Of a DNA stretch of 64,000 bases, positions 18,256-31,655 are shown piece after piece. Positions within the stretch are counted from its first letter, which is position 1, and each line of letters opens with the position of its first letter. The stretch lies in NCBI GenBank assembly GCA_027366525.1, contig DAHXKG010000003.1, positions 5,453-69,452 of the forward strand. Direction: 5' to 3'. Both the position numbers and the translations under genes were made by a program. The notes below the pieces were generated by a model. It saw nothing but the letters and a program-made list of their open reading frames with translations, ran no database searches and was not told the DNA's origin. Source of the DNA: a candidate division FCPU426 bacterium (GTDB lineage Bacteria; Oederibacteriota; Muellerivitia; Muellerivitales; DAHXKG01).

Positions 18256-21138
18256 TTATTGAATAATTTCACCATCGTCCAAATCTTTTTCTAAATCCTT
18301 TACAAAGGATTTAGACGATGGAGGCGGTCCAGAATAGCCTGGGGGGGCACCCGGTAGCCCAGGTGCCGCTCCTGCCACGGAAGACTTGGATGCCGTTTCG
18401 GTTGAAGGTGTTGAAGAAGTTGGCGATGAAGGTGGTGCGGTTGATTGAGCTGATTGAGAATTTGTCCCATTGGATAAGGATGGAGATGGATTTACAGACT
18501 TTGCCGGTTCAGAACTCCCGATTGGTTTAGGGGCCATCGAAGCCAGCGGTGGAGTTGCTGGTGATGGTGCTGAAGCCAAACTTGGAGAAGGAGGCACGGG
18601 ACTTGGTTTTTTGTTTAAAAGAGCTTCTAATCCTCCGGAAAGCGAGTTGGACAACGACGGTGTGGGTTCTGATTTGGACATGGAAGATAAATTATCCAAA
18701 GTACCTGAGGATTTAGTGGCAGACTCGGTCTTTGATAAGAGTGGCTCAATCCCTCCCAGCGGCGACTTTACACCCGGAGTCATGGTTGAAGTCGTTAAGG
18801 GAGCGGTAGGCTTTGAAGCATTTCCCGACAATTCCACCGTAGCTGTGGATTTTGATTCCTCCCGTGGTAAACCAGATATTGGCGGCTTCCCGGTAAAATT
18901 AAAAGAACCTAATGCATCCAATGAGGCTGATTTTAGCGTTGCAGCTTTTTCACCTCCGCTACTTGCAGAACCTCCGGCTGTTTTAGGTGTAGTCGATTTC
19001 ATCTTTGCTGAAAAAGCCAAGCTTAATCGGGTTCCTGGATCTGCACTTTCAGCAGTAATCCATCCTCCATACGTCACTAAAATAGTTTTCACTAACGCTA
19101 ATTTTAATCCCGTGCCAGCCAGTTGAGGTGATCCTGAATGCTTCACATCGTAAAACTCATTAAATACATTGGATAAATTATCGGGCGCAATGGTAAGGCC
19201 AGGATCTTGGATTGTTACTTTAATCGACTCCCCCACCGATTCTAAGTGAATCGGGATCACCGAACCCCGCGGGGCATCTTTAATAATCTGCAGAAGAATA
19301 ATATTCCATAATTGAACAAATCTTTTACGAACCACCGATATGGGTGGTAAATCTAGCTTGGATTCTAGTTTGAATTTTAAATTTTTAATTTCCGACTGAC
19401 TTTGAAAATTAAAAATCAAAGCTTCAATTTCATTCGATAAAACAATATCTTCCTTAACTGCTGTTTCCTTTTCAATTTCCACCATATAAATGTCTAAGAT
19501 ATCATTAATAAATTTCTCCAATCGAGCACTACGATTAATTACCATGCCCAAAAATTCCTGTTGCTTTTCGGAAATACCACCTTGAGCGCTTGAAAGCGCC
19601 GATGAAACATATCCTTTGATAATACCGAGCGTAGTTTTTAATTCTTCGGACATCGCCTTAATCGCATCCACTCGAACCTTGGAAACCTGAGTGCTGGATG
19701 TGGTGGAAATAATTTTAAGTAATTTCTCTTCGGCCTCTTTGGATTTTGCTTCGGCTTGGATGAGTTTATTTTGAAAATCCTTTTCTTTTTCTTGTAGATT
19801 CGTAATTTGCATTTTCATTTTAGAATTTTCGGTTCGAACTTGTTCCGTCTGAGATCGAAGTCCTTCGGTCATATTTTTTAATGCCGCCAATTCCGTCAGC
19901 TTATCTTCTAATTGTTGATTCTTTTGCTTAAGATCTTCTTCAAGTTCTTCTGCCTGATGTTGAAATTGCTTTGTTTCTTCCATCAGTTGATCCAGTTGAG
20001 TCTTGGCATTTTTTTTAATAGTTTCTAATTCTAAACCCGTCGCTTCCTTTTCTTTATTCAATCGATCCGTCCAAGAAGCTACAATTTGGAGCACCTGTCC
20101 TACTTCATCTTTACGGCTTAAAGCATTTCCCGGAAGCGGGTTGGAATTTTTAGCAGACTTAGTTAAATAATCCTCAATCTGATGCCAGGGCTTCTTTAGC
20201 GATCGATTTTCCAAACTTCCGATGATTAGAATCCACAGCACAATTAAAATTAATGAAGCACTTAAAGGGCTTTCTTCCAAGGCTTGTATGGATAGTGGGT
20301 GTTTCATTCCACCCATGGAGGTTGTTGATGGCATTGCGATGCTCTGAACAATTCCAAATGCCCCTAAGCCTAAAGGCGTAAAAACATCAACTTTTTGACG
20401 ATCTGGATTTATCGAAAAACCCGATTTTCCTTTTTCAAGATCCTGTTGAATTTTTGATAGCCATGGACGCTGCTGTGGATTAAATGCCGTTGGAATCAAG
20501 GATACATTTGAATCATAAAAATACTTTCCCAAATTCGGTTCTAACAGCCCAATGTTCCCGCCGTTCAGCGTGGCAGTTGCAAAAAAAGTATTTAAATTCA
20601 GAACCACTCCTAATATCCACTTGGGTTTTACAACAGTCGTAAAAATGAGGGCCGAATACGGAAGTCGCTGAGTAAAAAATTGGTAGGGAGGATGAAATGC
20701 CGGGTTTGAAAATTTTTGTCGAATAATTTTAAATTCATGCGTTGCTGCATAGTTGGGTGGAATAAGCCCTGCATTGGATGGAAACATTTTCAAAAAAACA
20801 CCTTGTTGATTGACTAAAAAAGCTCCCGCAAGCTCTGGGTGATCCACTAGAAATTTTTGGATGCCTGAATCGGTTTCAGGCTGATGGGTCCATTTTTGCA
20901 TCTTTTGATAGGTACTCGTAATTGAATGCAGCAGATCGGAAGCAATATTTTTTTGTTCCGACTCTACGGGCGCAATCAATGACTTTAAATGAATCGTTGG
21001 CGCAACATTAGACGAACCTGCACTGATTTTAGGGAACCATGGTAGCGATTGAATAAACGTAAAATAAAACCCTGCTCCCAACAGTAGCAGTGGAATAATC
21101 GTCATCCCAATTAAGATTGAAAAAAATTTTTTATTCAC
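18256..21138 (-). CDS. Membrane sensor histidine-kinase-like protein with degenerate catalytic motifs and a Pro/Ser-rich tail
   Basis: TM, sensor domain, TM, HAMP-like DEVG, coiled coil, MSEELKTTL (H-box lacking His), QDPG and GTGLKLA boxes. Confidence 0.7.
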   Translation of the reverse strand: MNKKFFSILIGMTIIPLLLLGAGFYFTFIQSLPWFPKISAGSSNVAPTIHLKSLIAPVESEQKNIASDLLHSITSTYQKMQKWTHQPETDSGIQKFLVDHPELAGAFLVNQQGVFLKMFPSNAGLIPPNYAATHEFKIIRQKFSNPAFHPPYQFFTQRLPYSALIFTTVVKPKWILGVVLNLNTFFATATLNGGNIGLLEPNLGKYFYDSNVSLIPTAFNPQQRPWLSKIQQDLEKGKSGFSINPDRQKVDVFTPLGLGAFGIVQSIAMPSTTSMGGMKHPLSIQALEESPLSASLILIVLWILIIGSLENRSLKKPWHQIEDYLTKSAKNSNPLPGNALSRKDEVGQVLQIVASWTDRLNKEKEATGLELETIKKNAKTQLDQLMEETKQFQHQAEELEEDLKQKNQQLEDKLTELAALKNMTEGLRSQTEQVRTENSKMKMQITNLQEKEKDFQNKLIQAEAKSKEAEEKLLKIISTTSSTQVSKVRVDAIKAMSEELKTTLGIIKGYVSSALSSAQGGISEKQQEFLGMVINRSARLEKFINDILDIYMVEIEKETAVKEDIVLSNEIEALIFNFQSQSEIKNLKFKLESKLDLPPISVVRKRFVQLWNIILLQIIKDAPRGSVIPIHLESVGESIKVTIQDPGLTIAPDNLSNVFNEFYDVKHSGSPQLAGTGLKLALVKTILVTYGGWITAESADPGTRLSLAFSAKMKSTTPKTAGGSASSGGEKAATLKSASLDALGSFNFTGKPPISGLPREESKSTATVELSGNASKPTAPLTTSTMTPGVKSPLGGIEPLLSKTESATKSSGTLDNLSSMSKSEPTPSLSNSLSGGLEALLNKKPSPVPPSPSLASAPSPATPPLASMAPKPIGSSEPAKSVNPSPSLSNGTNSQSAQSTAPPSSPTSSTPSTETASKSSVAGAAPGLPGAPPGYSGPPPSSKSFVKDLEKDLDDGEIIQ

Positions 21139-23668
21139 GTATTTCCTCCTCTGATTCTCTAGGAACAGAAACCACTGAGACTAATCGATCATTTTCTTCA
21201 AGCTTAATTAAACGCACCCCTTGAGCCATACGACCCGTAGTCTTAATTTCCTTTACTTGTTGGCGAATAACTTTTCCCTCGGCTGTCATTGCAATAAATT
21301 CCTCTTCATCTAATACCGTAATAATGGAAACCACTATGCCGTTTTTAGGAGTGGTTTTTATGTTCAAAATACCTTTCCCCCCACGGCCTTGACGCCGATA
21401 AGCCGTTAGCTTGGTTCGCTTTCCATATCCACGATCGGTCGCTGTCATCAAGGTTTTGCCTTCGATAATTACCTGCATACCTACAACTTGATCATTTTTA
21501 TCTAAGCGAATACCGCGTACCCCTTTGCCGGCTCGCCCTACTTCACGAATTTGTTTTTCTGAAAATCGTATACCCTTTCCTGTGCGCGTCGCAAGAAAAA
21601 TATCTTGTTTTCCATTAGTAATTTCTGCAGAAATCAAGCTATCACTTTTTTCCAAGGTAATGGCAACAATGCCTCCCGATCGCGGCTTTTCAAACGCGGA
21701 TAAGGCTGTTTTTTTGATCAATCCATGCGCCGTAGCCATTTGGACAAATTGCTGTCCTTGAAATTCCTTTACGGGAAGGACTGCAGAAATTTTTTCTCCT
21801 TCTTCCTGACGAATCAAATTGGCTAACGAAGTCCCCTTGGCCGTTCGGGACGATTCGGGAATATCGTAAACCCTCAGCCAATGCACTTTTCCTAAATTAG
21901 TAAAAATCAATAAAACATCATGTGTGGAAGCTGTAAAAATCGTTTCAATAAAATCCGACTCGCGAATCCCGGCGCCGGTAATTCCGCGGCCTCCTCTTCG
22001 CTGCTTTTGATAAAGATCCATGGGCATGCGTTTCACGTACCCATCATGGGATCGGGTAATAATCACCGTTTCATTTTTAATCAAATCCTCTTCCCGCAAA
22101 CTCTCTTCTTTGCCAATAATTTGAGTCCGACGTGGATCGGCATATTGTATTTGAATTTGATTCAGTTCTTCTTTGATCACCTGCCATAGTTTTTTTTCAG
22201 AAGCCAATATACTTTTCAAACGCTCAATCAATTTAATAATTTCCAAATATTCGTCTTCAATTTTTTTGATTTCCAAATTCGTCAATTGTCGCAATTGCAT
22301 TTCCAAAATCGCCTGAGCCTGAATATCCGAAAGGCGAAATTGACGCACTAATTCTAGTTTAGCTTCTTCAGAATTTTTGGAATGCCGGATCACCTTAATC
22401 ACCTGATCCAAATTGACAATGGCTATTTTCAGTCCTTCTAAGATGTGGGCACGACGCTCTGCTTTTTCCAAATCAAATTGAGTTCTTCGAATCACCACTT
22501 CTTTACGATGTTCCAAATAATAATGCAATAATCCCTTAAGATTTAAAACTCGAGGTTGTCCATTTACCAATGCCAGTTGGATGACTCCAAACGAGGTTCG
22601 CAGGGACGTGCTTGTTAAAAGATTATTTAAAACGACCTGTACATGAGCGCCTTTGGAGATTTCGACTACAATCCGCATCCCTTCTCGATCCGACTCATCT
22701 CTCAAATCTGATATGCCATCTAGCTTTTTATCTCGAACCAATTCTGCAATTTTTTCAATTAATTGAGCTTTGTTAACTTGAAATGGAAGTTCTGATACAA
22801 TAATTTGCTCTCGATCATTTTTAAGATTTTCGATGCTCGTTTTAGCTTGAAGTCGGATACTTCCACGTCCGGTCGTATAGGCATCCGTAATCCCCTCGCG
22901 CCCCAAAATAAATCCACCTGTTGGAAAATCTGGCCCTTGAACATATTGCATTAATTCTTTGATTGAGGCTTCCGGATGATCTATTAAATACACCAAAGCT
23001 TGAATAATTTCTCCGAGATTATGTGGAGGAATATTGGTTGCCATTCCTACCGCAATCCCCTGAGCTCCATTTACCAAAAGATTGGGAAATCCGCATGGAA
23101 GCACTGTCGGTTCTTCTCGAGTATTATCATAATTGGGAACAAAATTTACTGTATTTTTATCAATATCGCGCAGTAGTTCTTCAGCCAGAGGGGACATCCG
23201 AACTTCTGTATATCGCTCAGCCGCAGGTGGATCTCCATCAATGGAACCAAAATTTCCCTGGCCATCTACTAACACATAACGCATAGAAAAATCTTGCGCT
23301 AGCCGGACAATCGAATCGTAAACACTGGCCGTTCCATGCGGATGATAATTACCAGTCACATCTCCAGTTACTTTAGCCGATTTGCGATAGGGTTTTCGAG
23401 CAGTTAAGGAAAGGTCATGCATTCCCATAAAAATGCGACGATGAACTGGTTTAAGTCCGTCTCGAACATCGGGCAAGGCTCGACCCACAATAACACTCAT
23501 CGCATAATCTAAGTACGATTCTTTCATCTCCTCTTCAACATACGTTGAAACAACATGGCCTCTCAAATCGCCGCCACTTGAAGAAGATGATTGATTTTTT
23601 AAAAGAGGTAACTCATCCGATCGAAAATCATCGCCAGAATTATTTTTTCTAGTTTTAGGACGTGCCAT
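21131..23668 (-). CDS. gyrA: DNA gyrase subunit A
   Basis: YLDYAMSVIVGRALPDVRDGLKPVHRR, YHPHG, AAERYTE, GyrA box QRRGGRG. Confidence 0.97.
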   Translation of the reverse strand: MARPKTRKNNSGDDFRSDELPLLKNQSSSSSGGDLRGHVVSTYVEEEMKESYLDYAMSVIVGRALPDVRDGLKPVHRRIFMGMHDLSLTARKPYRKSAKVTGDVTGNYHPHGTASVYDSIVRLAQDFSMRYVLVDGQGNFGSIDGDPPAAERYTEVRMSPLAEELLRDIDKNTVNFVPNYDNTREEPTVLPCGFPNLLVNGAQGIAVGMATNIPPHNLGEIIQALVYLIDHPEASIKELMQYVQGPDFPTGGFILGREGITDAYTTGRGSIRLQAKTSIENLKNDREQIIVSELPFQVNKAQLIEKIAELVRDKKLDGISDLRDESDREGMRIVVEISKGAHVQVVLNNLLTSTSLRTSFGVIQLALVNGQPRVLNLKGLLHYYLEHRKEVVIRRTQFDLEKAERRAHILEGLKIAIVNLDQVIKVIRHSKNSEEAKLELVRQFRLSDIQAQAILEMQLRQLTNLEIKKIEDEYLEIIKLIERLKSILASEKKLWQVIKEELNQIQIQYADPRRTQIIGKEESLREEDLIKNETVIITRSHDGYVKRMPMDLYQKQRRGGRGITGAGIRESDFIETIFTASTHDVLLIFTNLGKVHWLRVYDIPESSRTAKGTSLANLIRQEEGEKISAVLPVKEFQGQQFVQMATAHGLIKKTALSAFEKPRSGGIVAITLEKSDSLISAEITNGKQDIFLATRTGKGIRFSEKQIREVGRAGKGVRGIRLDKNDQVVGMQVIIEGKTLMTATDRGYGKRTKLTAYRRQGRGGKGILNIKTTPKNGIVVSIITVLDEEEFIAMTAEGKVIRQQVKEIKTTGRMAQGVRLIKLEENDRLVSVVSVPRESEEEIRE

Positions 23669-23688
23669 GGATTAATGTTGTTCCTTAA

Positions 23689-26277
<2,589 letters not shown>

Positions 26278-26280
26278 TTA

Positions 26281-26625
26281 TTATTTCCTTCCACTTGCAA
26301 TACGAAATTCAACTTGTTGAATATTCAATTCAGGAAATTTTTGTTGAAACAACCGTAGTCCTTGTTGTTTGCGAAACATCATTTCTTGCAATAAAATCGG
26401 ATGATTAAATTCTAAAATTAATTTTCTGGATTTTAAATGAAAGCGGTTAAAAGCATTGGACGCCTTGTCGCCAATCCATTGACGAATCAATTGTTCCAAT
26501 TGAAAGCGATCTTGCTCGGATTTCATCCCCAATTTTTGAAAAGTTCCAGACAAAAAATAAGACAGCGGTGTCATTTCTTTTCGAATGCCATATGATTTTT
26601 TATCTTTCAGCGATTTAGAACTCAT
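26281..26625 (-). CDS. DUF721/DciA-family protein
   Basis: Conserved position between recF and gyrB; size and motif pattern. Confidence 0.65.
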   Translation of the reverse strand: MSSKSLKDKKSYGIRKEMTPLSYFLSGTFQKLGMKSEQDRFQLEQLIRQWIGDKASNAFNRFHLKSRKLILEFNHPILLQEMMFRKQQGLRLFQQKFPELNIQQVEFRIASGRK

Positions 26626-27743
26626 CAGTTTTTATTACTCCCCTCGTTTTCTAAAGCAACGCGACCAGCATCGACTTTAAAAACCCGAGCATCCCCTAAA
26701 AATTTTTTGAAATCCTGCTTGGAGGTTCCAGTTAAAAACGTTTGCCCTTGTTTCTGAAGATGAGCAAGGAAAAATGCTTGACGTTGCTCGTCGAGCTCTG
26801 CCATCACATCATCAAACAGGACTAAGGGATGGGAGCGTTGCTCACCCAACAATGTTAATTGAGCAAGTTTCAAAGCCAAAGCTACTGTTCGTTGCTGCCC
26901 CTGACTTCCAAAATGCTTAATCGATTTTCCATTCAGGATCAGCTCTACATCATCTCGATGAGGACCCACCAAGGTAATTTGCCTCATCCTTTCTTCCTTT
27001 TGAGCTTGCGTCAATTTTTCTAGAAACAATTGCTGCGTTTGATCTATCGATCCATTCCATGAAATAGAAGCCAAGTATCTCAAGGTCAATTGTTCCTGAT
27101 TACCCGTTAATTCCGACAATGCATGCTCGGCAATGCGCTCCAAGTGTTGCACCACTTCTTGACGACGTTGGATGACCCGCGATCCCGCCTGAGACAACGT
27201 GCGATTCCACACTTGCCATTCTTTTTCAAGAAATGTTTCTTTTTTTTTCAGCAAGGCATTTCTTTGTTTTAAAACTCGTTCATACTGCTGTAAATCCGCT
27301 AGGTAACTCAGATCCCGTTGCCATAGTACTGCATCCAAATATTTTCGGCGTAAACCCGGTCCGCCTTTGACTAAATATAAATCATCTGGAGAAAAAATCA
27401 CCATGGGGATTTTCCCGAGAATCAAGGAAAGTCGTTTTTGTTTTTTCTCTTCAAAATAAAGTGTTTTTCCAAAGCCTTTTTTAAATTCCAAAGCCACTCG
27501 CTCACTTCCATGATCATCCATTAATTGGGCTTCTAAGCGCATGGCTGTCTGATCAAATTGGATAAGTTCGTCTTCAGAAACCATTCGAAAGGATCGTGTG
27601 GTTGAAAGACAATAGAGCGCTTCTAAAATATTGGTTTTCCCTTGCGCATTATTCCCCAAAAATAAATTCATCCGAGGATGAAATAGGATTTCCAAGGTAT
27701 CATAATTTCGAAAATGCGTACATCGAAGCCATTGAACATGCAA
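26625..27743 (-). CDS. recF: DNA replication/repair protein RecF
   Basis: FRNY, GNNAQGKTNILEA, GPHRDD, GSQGQQR, DDVMAELD. Confidence 0.96.
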   Translation of the reverse strand: MHVQWLRCTHFRNYDTLEILFHPRMNLFLGNNAQGKTNILEALYCLSTTRSFRMVSEDELIQFDQTAMRLEAQLMDDHGSERVALEFKKGFGKTLYFEEKKQKRLSLILGKIPMVIFSPDDLYLVKGGPGLRRKYLDAVLWQRDLSYLADLQQYERVLKQRNALLKKKETFLEKEWQVWNRTLSQAGSRVIQRRQEVVQHLERIAEHALSELTGNQEQLTLRYLASISWNGSIDQTQQLFLEKLTQAQKEERMRQITLVGPHRDDVELILNGKSIKHFGSQGQQRTVALALKLAQLTLLGEQRSHPLVLFDDVMAELDEQRQAFFLAHLQKQGQTFLTGTSKQDFKKFLGDARVFKVDAGRVALENEGSNKN

Positions 27744-27979
27744 TCCCTTAAAATCCTTATCCTATGATCTGTTAACCTAATTTTCAAATTTTCGACGATC
27801 TCGAGTTAACTCTATTGCCGATGAATGTTATCGCACACACCCCTAGCTCAAAAAATATCTTTTATTCCTTATCATTATAATGCAAAAATAAATATTTCAG
27901 TATTAAAAAATAGAATAATTCAATTTGTTAATCGTTTGTATCTTGAAGATCGCCCACAGAAGCAACTTATTGAGTTTGA

Positions 27980-28543
27980 TTAAGAGCGTTTATGAAATGT
28001 TATTCCCAAGGTCCATAAACCTCCCCCCACTAACGAAACAATTAGGAGCAGTATACTTCCTCGAAACCCAGGATGATCTATCATTAATAACACGGCCCCG
28101 AGCGTTAAAGCCCGCAAACTATTATAGAAGACCCAGATTTTCTTGGATCTCAAAAGAGCCACTTGATCGGTGGAAAGCGAACCGGTCGTCGTTGAATTTA
28201 AGGATCGAAATCCTTTTTTTATCCATGATCCCAGTCCTCCCCCATTAAGAGCTCCCATCAAAATCAAAAATATAACCGCCATTTGAATGTATGCTTGATG
28301 ACTGGCTTGAATTTGAATGGTCAAAAATATCCCTGTGACTAATAATAACAATAAAAACCAAGAGGCCTGTCGATTACAAGTTCTAGCCATCGTCACCCAC
28401 GAGCGAACGACTTCTACATTGTCGAATTGCTGAATCCGGGTCAAGCCGATTCCAAAACTCCACATCAATCCCACAAATCCTAATACTCCAATTAAATGCA
28501 GAAATAAAACCAATCGAAAAATAAGACTCATGTTGCCCTCCAA
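27980..28543 (-). CDS. Multi-pass membrane protein (DUF2269-like)
   Basis: LFLHLIG motif and several hydrophobic segments. Confidence 0.6.
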   Translation of the reverse strand: MEGNMSLIFRLVLFLHLIGVLGFVGLMWSFGIGLTRIQQFDNVEVVRSWVTMARTCNRQASWFLLLLLVTGIFLTIQIQASHQAYIQMAVIFLILMGALNGGGLGSWIKKGFRSLNSTTTGSLSTDQVALLRSKKIWVFYNSLRALTLGAVLLMIDHPGFRGSILLLIVSLVGGGLWTLGITFHKRS

Positions 28544-28633
28544 GGACTTAGTTTAATTACATCTTCAATAGAACACCTTCATTTATTTCAAGCTAATACG
28601 GATGTCCTTCTTCATTCACAAGTCGTGCTCCAT

Positions 28634-29404
28634 TTATTTGACGAGCCGTTGAATCATCGAATAACGTGCTATCCACACGAAAATAACTGTCCACGCCAGC
28701 ATAATGCCCATTGCCATGAATTGAAAGGGCAATCCGAGTGTTAAAGTTCGTACTAGTGAATTTACCGCAGTTAGGGGAAAAATCCAAGCAATATACTGCA
28801 AGATCCGGGGAAGATTCCCAATGGGATAAAAAACACCACAAAAAAGAAACATTGGAAAAACCAAAAGATACTGTGGATAGGAAAGTTCATCAATCGTTCG
28901 TGAATATCCGGCAGAAGCCAGCCCCATAGCTGAAAAAAGCATCCCACCTAAAAAGCAAACAGGAATTAAGGTAATGAGGGATTCTAAATAAAAATGCCCT
29001 GCAATTACTCCAATCATACCGACCACCTCGGCTGCAACGGTAGCTTTGGTGGCATCCCATAATAGTTCTCCCCACAAAACTTCTGAAAGTGTTACTGGTG
29101 TAATTGCAATCGCTTGAAAAATCTTTTGATAATACATGCGTACAAATCCACCAAATCCCCCTTCAAAAAAACCTTGAAAAAGAAGCGTTTGAGCAATGAT
29201 GCCTGAAAAAACAAAACTTCGATATGACAAAATTCGTCCCTGCGTATGAATATTGCCCACCAAGGTTCCCACGCCAATGCCAAATGCCAATAAATAAAAA
29301 ATAGGTTCCAAAAAAGTAGTTAAAAGATAATATGGGAGACTTTTTAAAAAAGCGACGTAATACCTTTTCCAAACGCATTGAATGTTCCATAATGAATCTG
29401 ACAT
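28634..29404 (-). CDS. ABC-2 type permease (NodJ-like)
   Basis: EPIFYLLAFGIG, PMFLFCGVFYPI..LP motifs. Confidence 0.88.
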   Translation of the reverse strand: MSDSLWNIQCVWKRYYVAFLKSLPYYLLTTFLEPIFYLLAFGIGVGTLVGNIHTQGRILSYRSFVFSGIIAQTLLFQGFFEGGFGGFVRMYYQKIFQAIAITPVTLSEVLWGELLWDATKATVAAEVVGMIGVIAGHFYLESLITLIPVCFLGGMLFSAMGLASAGYSRTIDELSYPQYLLVFPMFLFCGVFYPIGNLPRILQYIAWIFPLTAVNSLVRTLTLGLPFQFMAMGIMLAWTVIFVWIARYSMIQRLVK

Positions 29405-29407
29405 TAT

Positions 29408-30238
29408 TTACAATCCTTCTATACCCAGTCGGCTTCCTGTCAATTTTAAATAAACATCTTCTAAATTCGGTTTGCGTTTCCAAATAACACCCGGACGAAC
29501 TTCTTCCTCAACCATTTCTCGAATAATATGCTTGCTAATGAGCCTGTCTGGCGAATCAATATCCAATATTTTTCCAAGATGCAAAATGGCAATACGATCA
29601 CAAAGTCGTTGCGCTTCTTCCATATAATGGGTCGATAATAAAATAGCTACGCCCTTTTGTCTCGCGGCCACTAAAACATCCCAAAGCATGCGACGAACAT
29701 CAGGATCTAAACCTGTTGTAGGTTCATCTAATACTAAAACAGAAGGATTAGAAACCAGCGCTCGTGCTACCTGCAATCGACGTTTCATCCCCCCCGACAG
29801 CGTTTCGACATTGGCTTGAATATATTGCATTAATCCAAATTGTTCTAATAATTTCTGACTTCTTTGATAGGCTTCTCTTTTAGCAATTCGATAATAACTG
29901 GCATGCAAAATCAATTGATCGATTACATTGAAATCGGTATCAAGCGTTTCCTCTTGGTTACAAACACCCAGTCTAGTACGAGCTTGCCGAGGTTGTCGAT
30001 GAACATCATAGCCCTCAATCAGGACTTGCCCACTCGTAGGCGGAAAAAAACCGGTGATGCACTGAATCGATGTTGATTTCCCAGCACCATTCGGTCCTAA
30101 TAATCCAAAGCACTCTCCTGAATATACTTGAAAAGAAATATCCGAAACTGCTTCAACAATTAAACTTTTTTTCTTATTTTGATAATGTTTACTTAAGTGT
30201 ATAACGGTTAATGGGCTCTGACTCATTCTGTAATCCAT
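29408..30238 (-). CDS. ABC transporter ATP-binding protein (NodI-like)
   Basis: GPNGAGKS, LSGGMKRR, LDEPTTGLD, STHYMEEA. Confidence 0.92.
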   Translation of the reverse strand: MDYRMSQSPLTVIHLSKHYQNKKKSLIVEAVSDISFQVYSGECFGLLGPNGAGKSTSIQCITGFFPPTSGQVLIEGYDVHRQPRQARTRLGVCNQEETLDTDFNVIDQLILHASYYRIAKREAYQRSQKLLEQFGLMQYIQANVETLSGGMKRRLQVARALVSNPSVLVLDEPTTGLDPDVRRMLWDVLVAARQKGVAILLSTHYMEEAQRLCDRIAILHLGKILDIDSPDRLISKHIIREMVEEEVRPGVIWKRKPNLEDVYLKLTGSRLGIEGL

Positions 30239-30271
30239 ACCATCTTAAATTCTGAATATAATTTCCACTCA

Positions 30272-30829
30272 TCATTTTAATTGTTTTACAATGCCCGCTG
30301 TTAAATAAAATACTCGTTCAGCTTGAGCGGCTATCCTTTGATTTGCAATACCTTGCAATCGAACAAATTGGCGAGCTAGGGCATTAGAACCAATGACACC
30401 CAATCCAACTTCATTAGAAACGATATAAACACTGGCTTTAATTGTTTGAAGAATTCCTGTCAAATGTTCAAGTTCACTGACAATCTCTTGCTCATTCATT
30501 TTTTTACCGCCAATACCCGACAAAAGATTTGAAAGCCATAATGTAAGGCAATCCAGGACAAGAAGATCTGTTTTTTTCCACGACGCATTCTGAAATACCT
30601 GAGAAATCATATAAGGTTCCTCCATAGTAATCCATTGGGCTGCGCGTTGTTGCTGATGCATCTGAATCGCTTGTTTCATTTCCAAATCTAAAGCACAAGC
30701 GGTAGCTAAAAAATATCGTTTGGAAAAATTTTCCATTTCTCCTTTTTGAAGCGCATATTTGGATTTCCCGGATTTAACGCCTCCTAAAATCAGCGTTACT
30801 GTTTGAAGGGAATTTATATGATTTTTCAC
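30272..30829 (-). CDS. cobU: Adenosylcobinamide kinase/guanylyltransferase
   Basis: LGGVKSGKS.YA, DCLTLWLSN, VSNEVGLG, G.ANQ.IA. Confidence 0.92.
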   Translation of the reverse strand: MKNHINSLQTVTLILGGVKSGKSKYALQKGEMENFSKRYFLATACALDLEMKQAIQMHQQQRAAQWITMEEPYMISQVFQNASWKKTDLLVLDCLTLWLSNLLSGIGGKKMNEQEIVSELEHLTGILQTIKASVYIVSNEVGLGVIGSNALARQFVRLQGIANQRIAAQAERVFYLTAGIVKQLK

Positions 30830-30849
30830 ACTAACCTACAAATTCAAAA

Positions 30850-31497
30850 AATTTAATTAACTCTATTTTACAATGAGAACGCTTAATTTTTGGAAGATTA
30901 TTTTTATCAATATCAATACTGATCATTCCAATAATGTTTGAAACTACTTTAATGCAACTGACCATCCATAAAAAGTGAGCCGTATTCACATACAAAGGCA
31001 TGATTAACATAGCAATCCGTAACTTCAACTGGATCTGATGCATTCACGGAAATCGCCGTTGGATAATACACCAAGCTTCCTGAATTCGTCCAGAAGAGTT
31101 TGTCTTGAGACGAATATTTTTCAATCTGGTTATTATATAATCTGCCACGTAAACATTACCTGCTGGTTCTAAAGCCATCTCCAGTGGGTAATCAACACCT
31201 CCCCAAAAAGTGACAGGCATCCCTGAGACCATAAGATTTGGATCAAATTAGCATTATACGCTAGGGCATCCCTATGGTCAGAACACTGATACAGACCTGG
31301 GTTGCATAACTTCCTGAATACCTTGTCCCAAAACCAAAGAAGCCGGAGGGTGAGATTGTGTGGGTTTGGCTATCAACCCATAGCTCCGAAAGTCATTGGA
31401 TTCGTATTGGATTTACACGCTCAGGTAAGTCAAAGACTGCAGACACACAAAAATATCCATACAAATGTTTTCCCAAAATTATTAAAAACATATACTC
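30850..31497 (-). pseudogene. Frameshifted paralog of the NHL-repeat lipoprotein at 55125-56057
   Basis: 32-bp identity 31037-31068 = 55609-55640; collinear similarity up to the 5' end; fragment MALEPAGNVYVADY; left boundary approximate. Confidence 0.8.
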
Positions 31498-31537
31498 ACT
31501 GAAAACCAATCATTTTATTTATTTCTTTAAGGATAGA

Positions 31538-31566
31538 TTGACGATTGAAAATCCATTCGCTACAAT
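31538..31566 (+). promoter_or_regulatory. Sigma70 promoter of the rpmH operon
   Basis: TTGACG-17bp-TACAAT. Confidence 0.65.
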
Positions 31567-31655
31567 GAGATGCTGACAGAGAGTTTTAGGATTGATCGAT
31601 ATACCTAAGGACTCACTTTTAAAATTATTTATCTTTTAAGAAGGAATTGAGGTTC

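Noticed and set aside
18470-19126. 218-aa plus-strand ORF
   Set aside because: Antisense shadow of the low-complexity Ser/Pro tail of the kinase-like gene.
27832-27855. CCCCTAGCTCAA resembling a tRNA 5' end
   Set aside because: No D-loop GG, anticodon stem or TTCGA T-arm follows.
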